Source: Ignavibacteriaceae bacterium (GTDB taxonomy: Bacteria > Bacteroidota > Ignavibacteria > Ignavibacteriales > Ignavibacteriaceae). From it: a stretch of DNA of 35,147 bases. The position numbers were made by a program, and so were the translations under genes. The notes beneath the pieces are model-generated. The model was not told the DNA's origin, did not search any database, and saw nothing but the letters and a program-made list of their open reading frames with translations. Location of the stretch: assembly GCA_035293265.1 (NCBI GenBank), contig DATDOL010000107.1, positions 1 through 35,147 on the forward strand, given 5' to 3'. The first letter of the stretch is position 1. Each line of letters begins with the position of its first letter. Of the stretch, positions 9,305 through 19,554 are shown in pieces.

Positions 9305-10126
9305 TTATATTCTCTTAATTACTTCTTTCATAATTAAAGTCATTTTGGGTTCTGCTGCCACTGCCGTGGCAATAATTTCCTCGACATTTACAGGTTTTAG
9401 TGTATCCGGAAAACATTCATCAGTGATAATACTTACTCCAAGCACTTTCATTCCCATATGATTTGCAACAATATTTTCCGGGATTGTAGACATTCCAACA
9501 ACATCGGCCCCGGTATCTCTTAAAAACCTGTACTCCGCCCGTGTTTCAAGGTTTGGTCCAGGAACAGCAACATAAATACCCTTCTGAATTTTTATTTTAT
9601 TTTGAAGAGCAATTTCCTCAGCCAGTTTAATAAGTTCAAGGCTGTACGGCTCACTCATATCAGGAAACCTTGGTCCGAGTTCATCTTCATTCTTTCCGAT
9701 GAGAGGATTATCACCAAGCAGATTGATATGATCAACAATAATCATAATATCACCACGCCTGAAATCCGGGTTCATTCCACCGCAAGCATTTGACACAAGA
9801 AGATTTTTAACTCCGAGAAATTTCATTACTCTTACCGGGAAAGTAATCTGCTGCATTGTGTAACCTTCATAGTAATGAAATCTTCCCTGCATAGCTACAA
9901 CATTTTTGCCGCCGATCTTTCCGAAAATCAGTTTTCCGTGGTGTGACTCCACTGTAGAAAGAGGAAAATGAGGAAGATTTTCATAATCGATTTCATGATC
10001 AAGTTTAATTTCCTTAACAAGACCACCTAAGCCGGTTCCGAGAATTATACCAACGCCGTATTCTTCAGAGGTAAACTTCCGGACTTCAGCCAAAGTTTCT
10101 TTTATATCAGTAATAAGCCGGCTCAT
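9305..10126 (-). CDS. punA: Purine nucleoside phosphorylase (trimeric PNP / PunA type)
   Basis: 273 aa. Motifs ILGTGLGGL, MQGRFHYYEGY and VGMSTIPE are characteristic of the inosine/guanosine PNP family. Confidence 0.9.
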   Translation of the reverse strand: MSRLITDIKETLAEVRKFTSEEYGVGIILGTGLGGLVKEIKLDHEIDYENLPHFPLSTVESHHGKLIFGKIGGKNVVAMQGRFHYYEGYTMQQITFPVRVMKFLGVKNLLVSNACGGMNPDFRRGDIMIIVDHINLLGDNPLIGKNEDELGPRFPDMSEPYSLELIKLAEEIALQNKIKIQKGIYVAVPGPNLETRAEYRFLRDTGADVVGMSTIPENIVANHMGMKVLGVSIITDECFPDTLKPVNVEEIIATAVAAEPKMTLIMKEVIKRI

Positions 10127-10127
10127 C

Positions 10128-10664
10128 TTATAACAATTTATTCACGATGTCATCGACATCAATGTTAACATCTTCAGACTTCCCAACATTCTTTTTAATT
10201 ACTGCTTCTTCCCCGGCTTCCTTAACTTTTCCTTCCAGGAGATTTGCCTGTGAATTTACAATTGCTCTTAACTTAGATATAATAAGATTTTTTTCTTCCC
10301 TAAGAAACTCGTGTGCCATCTTTAATTCTGCTGCTTTTTTATTTGCACTTTCCACAATCTGTGAGGCTTTTAATTCAGCTTCTTTTAAAATAAGTCCGGA
10401 CTGTATTTTTGCAGACTCTAATGTTCTAGCTGATGAATCCTGTAATTTAACCAGCGTATCCTGCAAATCTTTATCTTTTGATTGGTAATCATTTATCTTT
10501 TGATTAAGAATTTCAATCTCTGATATTAATTTTTCATTTTCGTTAATTAAGGATTGCACTTCATTGGCAAGTAAATCCAAAAAAGCATGAACTTCTTTAA
10601 TATCATACCCCCTCATAGTTTTAGAAAATTCCTGCTTTTTTATATTTTGAGGAGAGAGTTTCAT
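10128..10664 (-). CDS. DivIVA-domain protein
   Basis: The N-terminus LSPQNIKKQEFSKTMRGYDIKEVHAFLD is the DivIVA signature, followed by a long coiled coil. Confidence 0.85.
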   Translation of the reverse strand: MKLSPQNIKKQEFSKTMRGYDIKEVHAFLDLLANEVQSLINENEKLISEIEILNQKINDYQSKDKDLQDTLVKLQDSSARTLESAKIQSGLILKEAELKASQIVESANKKAAELKMAHEFLREEKNLIISKLRAIVNSQANLLEGKVKEAGEEAVIKKNVGKSEDVNIDVDDIVNKLL

Positions 10665-11362
10665 AATTGCCTCCAGTCTTTGGAGTAGTTTCTTTCGCCA
10701 AAAATGGCAGAACCTATCCTGAGAATTGTTGCACCTTCTTCAATGGCAATTTCAAAGTCGCTTGTCATTCCCATTGAAAGCTCAACCAGGTTCATACCTT
10801 GATTATTTAATTTGTCTTTTAAATTACGCAAATCGCTAAAACTTTTCCTAATAATCTTTTGATTATTTGTAAACGGCGCCATTGTCATCAACCCGATCAA
10901 ATCAAGATTTGAGAGTGATTTGCAGAACTTTGCTAATCCGAATATTTCATCCTCTCCGGCAATACCGGATTTTGTTTCTTCAAAAGATGTTTTAACTTCT
11001 ATTAAAATTTTTTGAACTTTACTTAATTTTTTTGCTTGTTTGTTTATTTCTTCAGCAAGACCTGTTGAATCCACAGAATGAATATAAGATGCTGAGTTTA
11101 CAACATATTTAACTTTGTTCTTTTGTAAAGTGCCGATAAAATGCCAGGTAACTTTATCACCAAGCAATTCGTACTTATCGCGTAATTCCTGTGCTTTGTT
11201 TTCACCAAAATCTGTAATTCCAAGTCTGTTCGCCTCGGTTATCTCTTTGATCCCGAAAAACTTGGAAACTGCCACCAGTTTAAGTTTATCCGGTTCCTGA
11301 TTTAATTCAGTGCACTTCTGTAAAATTTTATCTTTAAGCCTGTTCAGATTCTCTGCAATCAT
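10661..11362 (-). CDS. yggS: YggS-family pyridoxal-phosphate homeostasis protein
   Basis: 233 aa. Motifs [13 protein letters not shown] and [14 protein letters not shown] are present. A 4-nt ATGA-type overlap joins it to the downstream DivIVA gene. Confidence 0.9.
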   Translation of the reverse strand: MIAENLNRLKDKILQKCTELNQEPDKLKLVAVSKFFGIKEITEANRLGITDFGENKAQELRDKYELLGDKVTWHFIGTLQKNKVKYVVNSASYIHSVDSTGLAEEINKQAKKLSKVQKILIEVKTSFEETKSGIAGEDEIFGLAKFCKSLSNLDLIGLMTMAPFTNNQKIIRKSFSDLRNLKDKLNNQGMNLVELSMGMTSDFEIAIEEGATILRIGSAIFGERNYSKDWRQL

Positions 11363-11528
11363 AATAAAATTAAGGTTGTGAATGTAGTTTATTTGAGGTC
11401 AAAAATCAATTAAAAATGATATAGACAAACTACATTGAACCTCAACTCTTTTACTTACGCTGATAATTCTTATTTACGCAAATGTGATTTTTAAATTTTG
11501 TAATTTTGAATATGATTTCTGAATAATT

Positions 11529-12518
11529 ATGGAGAATAATATGAGTATTGAATTATTAAACGTTATCAAACTTAAAGCATCAAAACTAAAAAAAACAATT
11601 GTCCTACCCGAATCACACGACGAACGTGTATTAAAAGCCGCATCATTATTATCAGAAGAAAAAACTGTCAACGTCATTATATTAGGTAACGAAGCAAATG
11701 TCATGACGAATGTAAAAAAACTTGGTCTTGAATTTAACGGTGTGAGAATTATTGATCACCTTAAATCGGAGAAGCTTAGCGATTTTACGAACATTTTTTT
11801 CAACATCAGAAAACATAAGAAAATCACGATTGAGCAGGCCAGGAAAGCGATGGAGCGTGATTTGTTTTTTGCTGCAATGATGGTAAAAGAAGGAATGGCT
11901 GATGGAAGTGTTGCCGGCTCATTCGCTTCAACAGCTGATTTAATGCGTGCCGGAATTCAATGCATTGGCATGCCGGAAGGAATTTCAATTGTATCAAGTT
12001 TCTTCCTGATGTTGTTTCCTGATAAATCATACAGTTTCGCCGATTGTGCTATTGTACCAAATCCTGATGCAGTTCAGTTAGCAGATATTGCAATTTCCAC
12101 CGCAGATAATCATCGCAAGTTGACTGGTGAAGAACCTTTTATTGCAATGCTTTCATTCTCAACCAAAGGAAGCGCACAGCATGAACTGGCAGATAAAGTA
12201 ATTGAAGCAACAAAGCTGATCAAAACCAAAAGACCCGATCTCAACGTGGATGGAGAATTGCAATTTGATGCCGCAGTAATTGAATCTATTGGAATTAAAA
12301 AAGCACCCGGAAGCCGGGTCGCGGGAAAAGCTAATGTATTAATTTTCCCCGATCTCAATGCTGGTAACATCGGTTACAAGATCGCACAGCGATGGGGTAA
12401 AGCTGAAGCAGTTGGACCAATGGTACAGGGATTAAAAAAACCATTCTTTGATCTAAGCCGTGGCTGCAGCGTGGATGATATTGTTAATACCACCTCCATT
12501 GCCGCATTGATGAGTTAG
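11529..12518 (+). CDS. pta: Phosphate acetyltransferase
   Basis: 329 aa. Motifs IVLPESHDERVLKAA, ADCAIVPNP and the PTA_PTB-like C-terminus are present. An alternative start ATG lies at 11541. Confidence 0.9.
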   Translation: MENNMSIELLNVIKLKASKLKKTIVLPESHDERVLKAASLLSEEKTVNVIILGNEANVMTNVKKLGLEFNGVRIIDHLKSEKLSDFTNIFFNIRKHKKITIEQARKAMERDLFFAAMMVKEGMADGSVAGSFASTADLMRAGIQCIGMPEGISIVSSFFLMLFPDKSYSFADCAIVPNPDAVQLADIAISTADNHRKLTGEEPFIAMLSFSTKGSAQHELADKVIEATKLIKTKRPDLNVDGELQFDAAVIESIGIKKAPGSRVAGKANVLIFPDLNAGNIGYKIAQRWGKAEAVGPMVQGLKKPFFDLSRGCSVDDIVNTTSIAALMS

Positions 12519-12525
12519 TAAAATT

Positions 12526-12556
12526 TCCCGCTTCCTTTCAGAAGAGGGAGTTTTTA
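12526..12556 (+). terminator. Rho-independent terminator after pta
   Basis: Stem TCCCGCTTC (12526-12534), loop CTTTCA, stem GAAGAGGGA (12541-12549, one mismatch), then G and a TTTTT run. Confidence 0.6.
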
Positions 12557-12602
12557 TATTTTGCTCTGCCTTTCATTTTTCTTAACTTCAACCTAAAATT
12601 TA

Positions 12603-12923
12603 TTGAACTGGATGAATTTAGCTCTGTTATTATTATTTATTTTTTTTCTGAATGTTTCATTCGGATACTGGAGAGGTAACGTCAATAAACTTTCTCTTCA
12701 ATGGTTTTTGGCTATCCATTTACCAGTGCTGTTTATAATTGCGTTCAGGTGGTTTTCAGGGATTGGAATTGAATTGAATTCATTTTTATTTTCTATTACA
12801 GTTTTTTTTACCGGTCAAATCCTGGGTAATAAAATTTTTATATTGCGAAGGAAATCAGGTTCTACACCGCTCACTTCCTGCCTTGTAATGGATCTGTTAA
12901 GAATAAAAAAATCAACTGATTGA
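12603..12923 (+). CDS. Hypothetical small membrane protein (about 3 TM)
   Basis: 106-aa ORF starting at TTG, with an in-frame ATG at 12612. It is strongly hydrophobic. No family recognised. Confidence 0.4.
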   Translation: MNWMNLALLLLFIFFLNVSFGYWRGNVNKLSLQWFLAIHLPVLFIIAFRWFSGIGIELNSFLFSITVFFTGQILGNKIFILRRKSGSTPLTSCLVMDLLRIKKSTD

Positions 12924-12970
12924 ACCTTTGAACAAAACTTTTTGTTATTAAAAATGAAAAAGGAGATATT

Positions 12971-13561
12971 ATGAAATTAAAAGTAAGTGTGATTGTGTTT
13001 ATTTTAACTTCTGTTCTGCTTTTATCTTTTGCAACTGGTTCAACCTATTCCGTTAACAATTCAGGCGGGGAATTGAAAGATAACATCAACGATATAAGTG
13101 TTCTTGATATGAAAAACCAGGCTGTAAATCTTTCTGATTACAACGACAAAGTTTTAATAATTGTAAATGTTGCAAGTGAATGCGGCTATACACCACAGTA
13201 TAAAGGACTGGAAGAAATTTATAAAAAGTTTAACTCCCGGGGATTTGAAGTTCTTGCTTTTCCCTGTAATGATTTTGGAGAACAGGAACCTGGCACTAAC
13301 GAACAGATCCAGCAATTTTGTTCTGCAAATTATGGTGTAACATTCAAACTATTTAATAAGATTAAAGTGCTGGGTGAAAACAAAGAGCCTTTATATGAAC
13401 GGCTGACTAATAACAGCGTAACTGAAAATTCCGATATCAAATGGAATTTTGAAAAATTTCTTATCTCTAAAGATGGAAAGATAGTCGCGCGTTTTAAAAC
13501 TAAAGTCGAGCCAACAAGTAAAGAAGTCGTTGACGCAATTGAACAACAACTAATGCAGTAG
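12971..13561 (+). CDS. gpx: Glutathione peroxidase (Cys type) with N-terminal signal peptide
   Basis: Motifs NVASECGYTPQY, FPCNDFGEQEPG and WNFEKFLI are the three GPx signature blocks. The hydrophobic N-terminus is MKLKVSVIVFILTSVLLLSFA. Confidence 0.9.
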   Translation: MKLKVSVIVFILTSVLLLSFATGSTYSVNNSGGELKDNINDISVLDMKNQAVNLSDYNDKVLIIVNVASECGYTPQYKGLEEIYKKFNSRGFEVLAFPCNDFGEQEPGTNEQIQQFCSANYGVTFKLFNKIKVLGENKEPLYERLTNNSVTENSDIKWNFEKFLISKDGKIVARFKTKVEPTSKEVVDAIEQQLMQ

Positions 13562-13571
13562 TCCTGGTTAT

Positions 13572-14054
13572 TTAATCAGTTTTACCCAACTGTTGTTTAA
13601 TGAAAAGTTTTGAGTGGATGATTTCTTTGTGATCTAATTTAAGCATCCCTCCTATCTGTTTAATCAGCTTATCCTCATATTTATCAAGTTTGTTGTCGCT
13701 GTAAATTATTCTCCACAATTGATCCAACAGTTCAATTTTCTCGTTATGTAATAAGTTTTCGTTTATCACACCGCTGAATTCATATAAGCTTACACTTTCT
13801 TTCAACTCTTCTTTAGAGATCTTAATTAGTTCCTCCACTTTTTCTTTTTCAATCTTAAAGACATTATTAACACTGTTTGTTATACTTTCAAATTCCTCTT
13901 CGGAAATATTTCCATCAGAATTTGCCATTTCAACCATTAACACAGTTGCAGCAATTTGTATTTTACTGGCCTGAATACTTGAATCAGGATTAGTGTTCAT
14001 CGGATTTTTTTCTCTTCCCTGAGTCAGAAGAGATTTTAATTTTTCAAACATCAC
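13572..14054 (-). CDS. TerB-family (tellurite-resistance TerB-like) protein
   Basis: 160 aa. The pattern A..L.VEMANSDGNISEEEFESI ... LWRIIYSDNKLDKYEDKLI resembles tandem TerB helices with acidic metal-binding positions. Confidence 0.65.
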   Translation of the reverse strand: MMFEKLKSLLTQGREKNPMNTNPDSSIQASKIQIAATVLMVEMANSDGNISEEEFESITNSVNNVFKIEKEKVEELIKISKEELKESVSLYEFSGVINENLLHNEKIELLDQLWRIIYSDNKLDKYEDKLIKQIGGMLKLDHKEIIHSKLFIKQQLGKTD

Positions 14055-14111
14055 TTTTCATCCGTAAGTTTTTTAAATCACTTATGAAGATACATTATAA
14101 TATATAGATGA

Positions 14112-15065
14112 CTAAACTGATTTAAGGTTCAATTCCATTCTTAAAAGTTCTCTTTTATACTTGTTATCATACTGATGCGGAACTAATAAGAATCCCAGGC
14201 TGCGATAAAGGTTAACAGCTGCTTCTAATTTGTTATTTGTGTCCAGCACAATCTTCTCAGCATTATTAGAAATAGCAAATCCTATTGACGTCAAACACAG
14301 CTTTTTCCCAATTTGTTTTCCCTGCGCTTTTTCATCAACTGCCATCTTTGCTAATTCAAATGTAATTTCATCAACTTTTAATACAGCACAGGTTCCAACG
14401 ATTTTATTTTCTAGTAAAGCAAAAAATATCTCACCGCCATTTTTGATTATTTCTTTCTCTGGTGATAACAACATTTTCTCGTCAGCAGGTTCAACGGAAA
14501 AATATTTTTGAAGCCATGCAATATTTAATCTTTTAAAATCTTCTTTATATTTTTTATTATAAGGAACAATCTTAACCTCATTCAATTGCTTGGATTTTAC
14601 AGAACTGACAACCCGGTTAAAACATTTTTTTTGGCTTAACGCATTTTCCAGCTTTGTAATAACATCAGCAATGTCATAACCGGTTTCAGAAAGTAAATGT
14701 TCAAGTGAATTTTCCGCTTCAGCCATCAGGGGTTCAATTTCAGTATAAATTTTTTCTCCAACTTCCGTCAATCGAATAAAGGTATTACGTTTATCATTAA
14801 CACTTTTATTGGATCTGACATATCCTGATTTTGAAAGTTGATTGAACAACTGAACAACTGCCGGATGGGATATATGAAGAGTTTCTGCAAGATTTTGGAT
14901 ATTAATATTTCTACCGGTCTTTATTTTTTTGATAGCTATCCATCCTTTTAAATCCAGGTCAAACTTTTGCCAATTAATTACTTCCCAGATTTGAGTGTTT
15001 ATATTCTCACCAACTTTCTTGAAACGATTACCAATGGTAAGTTTTTCGTTATGATTTAATTTCAT
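14112..15065 (-). CDS. MarR-type winged-helix domain fused to a GNAT acetyltransferase domain
   Basis: The N-terminal half has LAETLHISHPAVVQLFNQLSKSGYVRS...DKRNTFIRLTEVG (MarR wHTH). The C-terminal half has the GNAT core (QGKQIGKKL ... AVNLYRSLGF). Confidence 0.8.
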   Translation of the reverse strand: MKLNHNEKLTIGNRFKKVGENINTQIWEVINWQKFDLDLKGWIAIKKIKTGRNINIQNLAETLHISHPAVVQLFNQLSKSGYVRSNKSVNDKRNTFIRLTEVGEKIYTEIEPLMAEAENSLEHLLSETGYDIADVITKLENALSQKKCFNRVVSSVKSKQLNEVKIVPYNKKYKEDFKRLNIAWLQKYFSVEPADEKMLLSPEKEIIKNGGEIFFALLENKIVGTCAVLKVDEITFELAKMAVDEKAQGKQIGKKLCLTSIGFAISNNAEKIVLDTNNKLEAAVNLYRSLGFLLVPHQYDNKYKRELLRMELNLKSV

Positions 15066-15148
15066 ATATAATATGTAATTACTTACGTAATAACTTAATT
15101 ATTACTTAGAAAAATACAAAATAATGAGTATAATATCATTAAATAAAC

Positions 15149-15640
15149 CTATTGATCTTTAAGTGTTGAAAGAAGATCCGGCAAGTTCAGACTTTTTGTA
15201 TAAAGCAGAATGTTACCAACTTCATCGGTTGGCCATTGTTCTGAAGGTCGGTCACAATAAAGTTCAATCCCGTTTCCATCGGGATCTTTCAAGTAAATTG
15301 ATTCGGAAACTCCATGATCAGAAGCACCATCAATGGGATAATTATTTTCCCATAACAGTTTAAAAGCCTTGGCAAGTTCTTCACGATTGGGATACAAAAT
15401 AGCAAAATGATAAAGACCTGTATGTCCCGGCGGTGGTGGAGTTGCATTTTCTCCTGACCAGGTATTTAATCCTATGTGATGATGATACTTTCCGGATGAC
15501 AGGAAAGATGCGGTTTTTCCAAATCGCGCTGTAACGGAAAATCCTAACATTTTGGTGTAGAATTTTTCTGCCCTGTCCAAATTGGAAACCGTTAAATGAA
15601 CATGACCTATTTTTGTATTTGGATGAATTTCGTAACTCAT
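15149..15640 (-). CDS. VOC-family (glyoxalase / extradiol dioxygenase-like) protein
   Basis: 163 aa. HVHLTVSNLDRAEKFYTKMLGF and a second beta-alpha-beta module (HFAILYP...DPDGNGIELY) are present. Confidence 0.8.
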   Translation of the reverse strand: MSYEIHPNTKIGHVHLTVSNLDRAEKFYTKMLGFSVTARFGKTASFLSSGKYHHHIGLNTWSGENATPPPPGHTGLYHFAILYPNREELAKAFKLLWENNYPIDGASDHGVSESIYLKDPDGNGIELYCDRPSEQWPTDEVGNILLYTKSLNLPDLLSTLKDQ

Positions 15641-15677
15641 ATTATATTGAATAATTATTTAGTGTAGATTTATTGAA

Positions 15678-18179
15678 CTAATTAGTTTTTACTTTAACCG
15701 GACTTACTTTCCAGATTTTTTCAGAATATTCTTTAACAGAACGATCGCTTGAAAATTTTCCTATCCTTGCAACATTCAGCAATGACTTTTTTGTCCACTC
15801 ATCAGCATTCAAATACAGTCTGCTTACTTTATCCTGTGTATCGATATATGATTGGTAATCAGCAAACAGGCAGTAATAATCTGAATTAATTAGATTATCG
15901 GTTATAGGTTTGAAGATACCCGGTTCCTTCACATTGAAATAATCTGACAAGATCATATCAAAAACTTTTTTCAGCATTTTGTGGCGGTTATAATATTCCT
16001 TCGGATGATATCCTGCGCTTTTCAGTTTACGGACTTCATCGGCAAGCAGACCAAAAATAAATATATTTTCCTCGCCCACTTCTTCTCTGATCTCGATGTT
16101 CGCCCCATCCATTGTTCCAATCGTGAGAGCACCGTTAAGAGCAAACTTCATATTCCCTGTTCCGGATGCTTCTAACCCTGCCGTTGAGATTTGCTCAGAA
16201 AGATCAGCCGCGGGAATTATTTTTTCAGCAAGCGTTACTGAATAATTTTTTAAAAATACTACTTTCAATTTATCACCAACATCGGGATCGTTATTAACTA
16301 TATCAGCAACTGAGTTGATCAGCTTGATTATCAACTTCGCCATGTAATAAGCCGGTGCAGCCTTGCCGCCGAAAATTATCGTTCGCGGTGCGAACTCCAA
16401 TGCCGGGTTTTCTTTAATTCTGGCATACAGAGTAATTATATGAAGTACATTCAGCAACTGTCTTTTATATTCATGAAACCGCTTCACCTGGACATCGAAA
16501 ATTGAATCGGGGTTTACATTAATATTATTTTCACTTTCAATGTAATCAATTAACAGTTTTTTGTTGAGCCATTTTGCATTTCGCCAGTTTTCAAGGAAGT
16601 TTTTATCTTCTAAATATTTTTCAAGCTCTCTGAGTTTGTTAAGATCTTTTATCCATCCATCGCCGATCCGGTCTGAGATGAGCTTAGATAAAAATGGATT
16701 AGCAGTTTTCAGCCACCGACGTGGTGTAATCCCATTTGTAATGTTAAAGAATTTATTCGGGTATATTTTGTTGAAGTGATGGAATATTTGTAATTTTAAA
16801 ATATCTGTGTGCAAGGCAGCTACTCCGTTAACAGCAAAGCTTCCAACAATTGCAAGGTTTGCCATCCGTACAGTTTTTCCATTCTTCTCACCGATGATTG
16901 ATAGTTCCGATAATACATTTACATCTGTGGAATAATTTTTCTTAACCTCTTCCAGGAATCTTCGGTTTATTTCATATATGATCTGGATATGTCTTGGAAG
17001 CAGTTCTTCAAATATCTGTAACGACCATTCTTCCAATGCTTCAGGCACTACGGTGTGATTTGTATAAGCAAAAGTTTTAGAAGTGATTTCCCACGCCTTA
17101 ACCCAGTGTAATTTTTCATCATCTATTAAAATTCGCATGAGCTCGGGAATTGCGACTACGGGATGTGTGTCATTTAACTGGATAGAATTTTTCTCTGAAA
17201 ATTTGTCGAATGTTTTGTGATTAATTTTATACTTCCTGATTATATCCTGGAGAGTGGCTGATACAAAGAAATATTGCTGCTTCAATCTTAAAAACTTTCC
17301 TTCGAGATAAGAATCGTTCGGATACAAAACTTTTGAGATTGATTCAGAATCAGTTTTTGTTGCAACGGCAGCAACATAATTACCGGCATTAAAATCCTTG
17401 AAGCTAAAATCTTTGCAGGCTTTTGCCTGCCATAAACGTAAATTATTTACTGTATCGGTTTTATATCCGGGTATCGGTACATCGTATGCAAGTGCGAGAA
17501 CGTCTTCAGTATCAATCCACTCATACCTGAAAGAGCCATCTTCATTCTGAACTTTTACGGATTTTCCATAAAACTTAACACGGTACTCAAGCTTTCTTCT
17601 CATTATATCCCATGGATTACCTTCGCTGAGCCAGCTGTCAGCATATTCAACCTGGTAACCGTTTTCTATCGCCTGCTCAAAAATTCCAAATTCATACCTG
17701 ATACCATAACCAAATGCGGGTAACTCAAGCGTGGCCATCGAATCAAGATAACATGAAGCAAGTCTTCCTAATCCTCCATTACCTAAACCCATATCTTTTT
17801 CACAATCTCTAATCTCTTCAAGACTATACCCATCTTCTCTCAGAATTTTATAACATTCTTCGTAGTAGTCCATATTAATTAAAGCATTTCCGAGAAGTCT
17901 GCCCATTAAATATTCTAATGATAAATAATAAACTCTTTTGGTATCCTGCTGGTTATACTGATGTTGAGTACGGAGCCAGCTTCTCACTAGTCTGTCACGA
18001 ATTGCAAGCGATAAAGCAAAGTAAGCATCATCACCAGAAGCAGTAATCCTGTCTCTTACCAGTCTGAATTCGAGATTTTCTGCAAATTGATTTGATAACG
18101 AATAAGATTTTGCTTCTTCTGTGTCCGTAAAAAAAATCGAGTTTTTCTTTTTTGATATACTTACCGAATCTTCTTTCAT
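15678..18179 (-). CDS. glgP: Glycogen / maltodextrin phosphorylase
   Basis: 833 aa. The PLP-site signature EASGTGNMKFALNGALTIGTMDGANIE is present, along with family-GT35 similarity along the whole length. Confidence 0.95.
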   Translation of the reverse strand: MKEDSVSISKKKNSIFFTDTEEAKSYSLSNQFAENLEFRLVRDRITASGDDAYFALSLAIRDRLVRSWLRTQHQYNQQDTKRVYYLSLEYLMGRLLGNALINMDYYEECYKILREDGYSLEEIRDCEKDMGLGNGGLGRLASCYLDSMATLELPAFGYGIRYEFGIFEQAIENGYQVEYADSWLSEGNPWDIMRRKLEYRVKFYGKSVKVQNEDGSFRYEWIDTEDVLALAYDVPIPGYKTDTVNNLRLWQAKACKDFSFKDFNAGNYVAAVATKTDSESISKVLYPNDSYLEGKFLRLKQQYFFVSATLQDIIRKYKINHKTFDKFSEKNSIQLNDTHPVVAIPELMRILIDDEKLHWVKAWEITSKTFAYTNHTVVPEALEEWSLQIFEELLPRHIQIIYEINRRFLEEVKKNYSTDVNVLSELSIIGEKNGKTVRMANLAIVGSFAVNGVAALHTDILKLQIFHHFNKIYPNKFFNITNGITPRRWLKTANPFLSKLISDRIGDGWIKDLNKLRELEKYLEDKNFLENWRNAKWLNKKLLIDYIESENNINVNPDSIFDVQVKRFHEYKRQLLNVLHIITLYARIKENPALEFAPRTIIFGGKAAPAYYMAKLIIKLINSVADIVNNDPDVGDKLKVVFLKNYSVTLAEKIIPAADLSEQISTAGLEASGTGNMKFALNGALTIGTMDGANIEIREEVGEENIFIFGLLADEVRKLKSAGYHPKEYYNRHKMLKKVFDMILSDYFNVKEPGIFKPITDNLINSDYYCLFADYQSYIDTQDKVSRLYLNADEWTKKSLLNVARIGKFSSDRSVKEYSEKIWKVSPVKVKTN

Positions 18180-18330
18180 TTATTTCCGCTAGTTATTTGA
18201 CAAAAATTTGGGAATCAATTTAAGCTTGTGAATAGTTAATACAAAATGATTAGAAAATGAAAAGTCCGATAATCTACCTGCTCATTCCGTATTATTTTTT
18301 TAATTAACCAAGTGCACTGCCCTGAACATT

Positions 18331-18723
18331 CTACTCATCAGTTAATATAGCCGTGGCTTCAATTTCTACCAGGAAATTCGGATCGATTAATGATTTCACT
18401 TCAACCATTGTTGTAGCAGGTTTTATATTCTTAAAGAATTCACCGTGCACCTTTCCAACAGCTTCCCACTGAGAAATATCAGTTACGTAAATTCTTGTGC
18501 GAACCACATCATTAAGTGTTCCACCTGCCTCGTTCAGCGCTCTTTCAATTTTCTGAATAATAAATTTGGTTTGTCCGGGTACATTATTGGGAGAAATTAT
18601 TTTATCCCTGTCAATAGCAGCAGTACCGGAAACCTCAATTATATTTCCAACCCTGACAGCACGGGAATAACCAATCTCATCTTCCCAAACTGCACCGGAT
18701 GAGACCTGAATTTTTTCCTTCAT
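18331..18723 (-). CDS. RidA/YjgF-family protein
   Basis: 130 aa. The pattern VRTRIYVTD...F......PATTMVEV..L......VEIEATA is typical of the YjgF/RidA fold. Confidence 0.85.
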   Translation of the reverse strand: MKEKIQVSSGAVWEDEIGYSRAVRVGNIIEVSGTAAIDRDKIISPNNVPGQTKFIIQKIERALNEAGGTLNDVVRTRIYVTDISQWEAVGKVHGEFFKNIKPATTMVEVKSLIDPNFLVEIEATAILTDE

Positions 18724-19434
18724 TTAGATTTTACCCTCCAGATATTTTTTTCTTTTTGTTTCAGGAAATTTTTCTATGGCATAGCGCAGCATAGTTCTCG
18801 GCATTTTGTTGTATCTTGTCCGAAGAAATTTTTCTTCGACAGTCAAATCTTTTTTACCAACTTCTCTCAGCATCCAACCGACGGCTTTATGAATCAGGTC
18901 GTGCTTGTCATTTAAGAGTATATCTGAAATTTTTAATGCGTCACTAAAACTACCTGATTTAATAAACGGGTAAGTTGCAAGAATTGCTATCCTTCGGTCC
19001 CATAATATATCCGATTTTGCAAATTCGTAAAGCATTTTTTTGTCTTTGTTCAGCAGAAAATGCCCGATAATTTTCGGAGCTGAAAGGTCAACTAAATCCC
19101 AGTTATTAATTCCTTTTCTATTGTCAATATAAAACCCGAATATTTTATACTTCTCAATCTCCTCTCCCTTCTCATACTTCTCAACAAGAATTAGCAGAGC
19201 GATGAGTCTTTCTTCGTGTACTTTTGAATTTAATAAATCTTTAAGTTCATTGAAGTTAAGATTTAAAAATTCCTTTGCTATTTTTCTTTGAACCGGAACA
19301 GTTATCCCTGCAAAAATATCTCCTTCGCCATACTCTCCCTTAGCTGTTTTGAAGAACCAAAGCATGGTTTCAGCATTCTTTTTATTAGAAACTTGTTTAA
19401 TCTTTTCTCTTAATTTATTAATAGACATATTCAA
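18724..19434 (-). CDS. DNA alkylation repair protein (AlkD-like HEAT-repeat family)
   Basis: 236 aa. Motifs FFKTAKGEYGEGDIFAGITVPVQRKIAKEF, WDLVD and GWMLREVGK are present. There is a 0-nt gap to the downstream RidA gene. Confidence 0.85.
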   Translation of the reverse strand: MNMSINKLREKIKQVSNKKNAETMLWFFKTAKGEYGEGDIFAGITVPVQRKIAKEFLNLNFNELKDLLNSKVHEERLIALLILVEKYEKGEEIEKYKIFGFYIDNRKGINNWDLVDLSAPKIIGHFLLNKDKKMLYEFAKSDILWDRRIAILATYPFIKSGSFSDALKISDILLNDKHDLIHKAVGWMLREVGKKDLTVEEKFLRTRYNKMPRTMLRYAIEKFPETKRKKYLEGKI

Positions 19435-19554
19435 TTACTTTTATTCGCAAGTAAAAAAAATAAGCATAAATGAAATAGTAATGATTTTCTCAACTAACTT
19501 TTGAATGACGAGAGAAAATATTTTAATACTCTGGCGGAAATCAAATATTTATTA

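Noticed and set aside
11474-11704. 76-aa minus-strand ORF overlapping the pta start
   Set aside because: It overlaps the well-supported pta N-terminus (IVLPESHDERVLKAA) on the opposite strand and has no recognisable features.
13291-13306. TGGCAC hexamer on the plus strand as a second sigma-54 promoter
   Set aside because: It lies inside the gpx coding sequence. The position five nt downstream reads AACA, not TTGC, so there is no -12 element.
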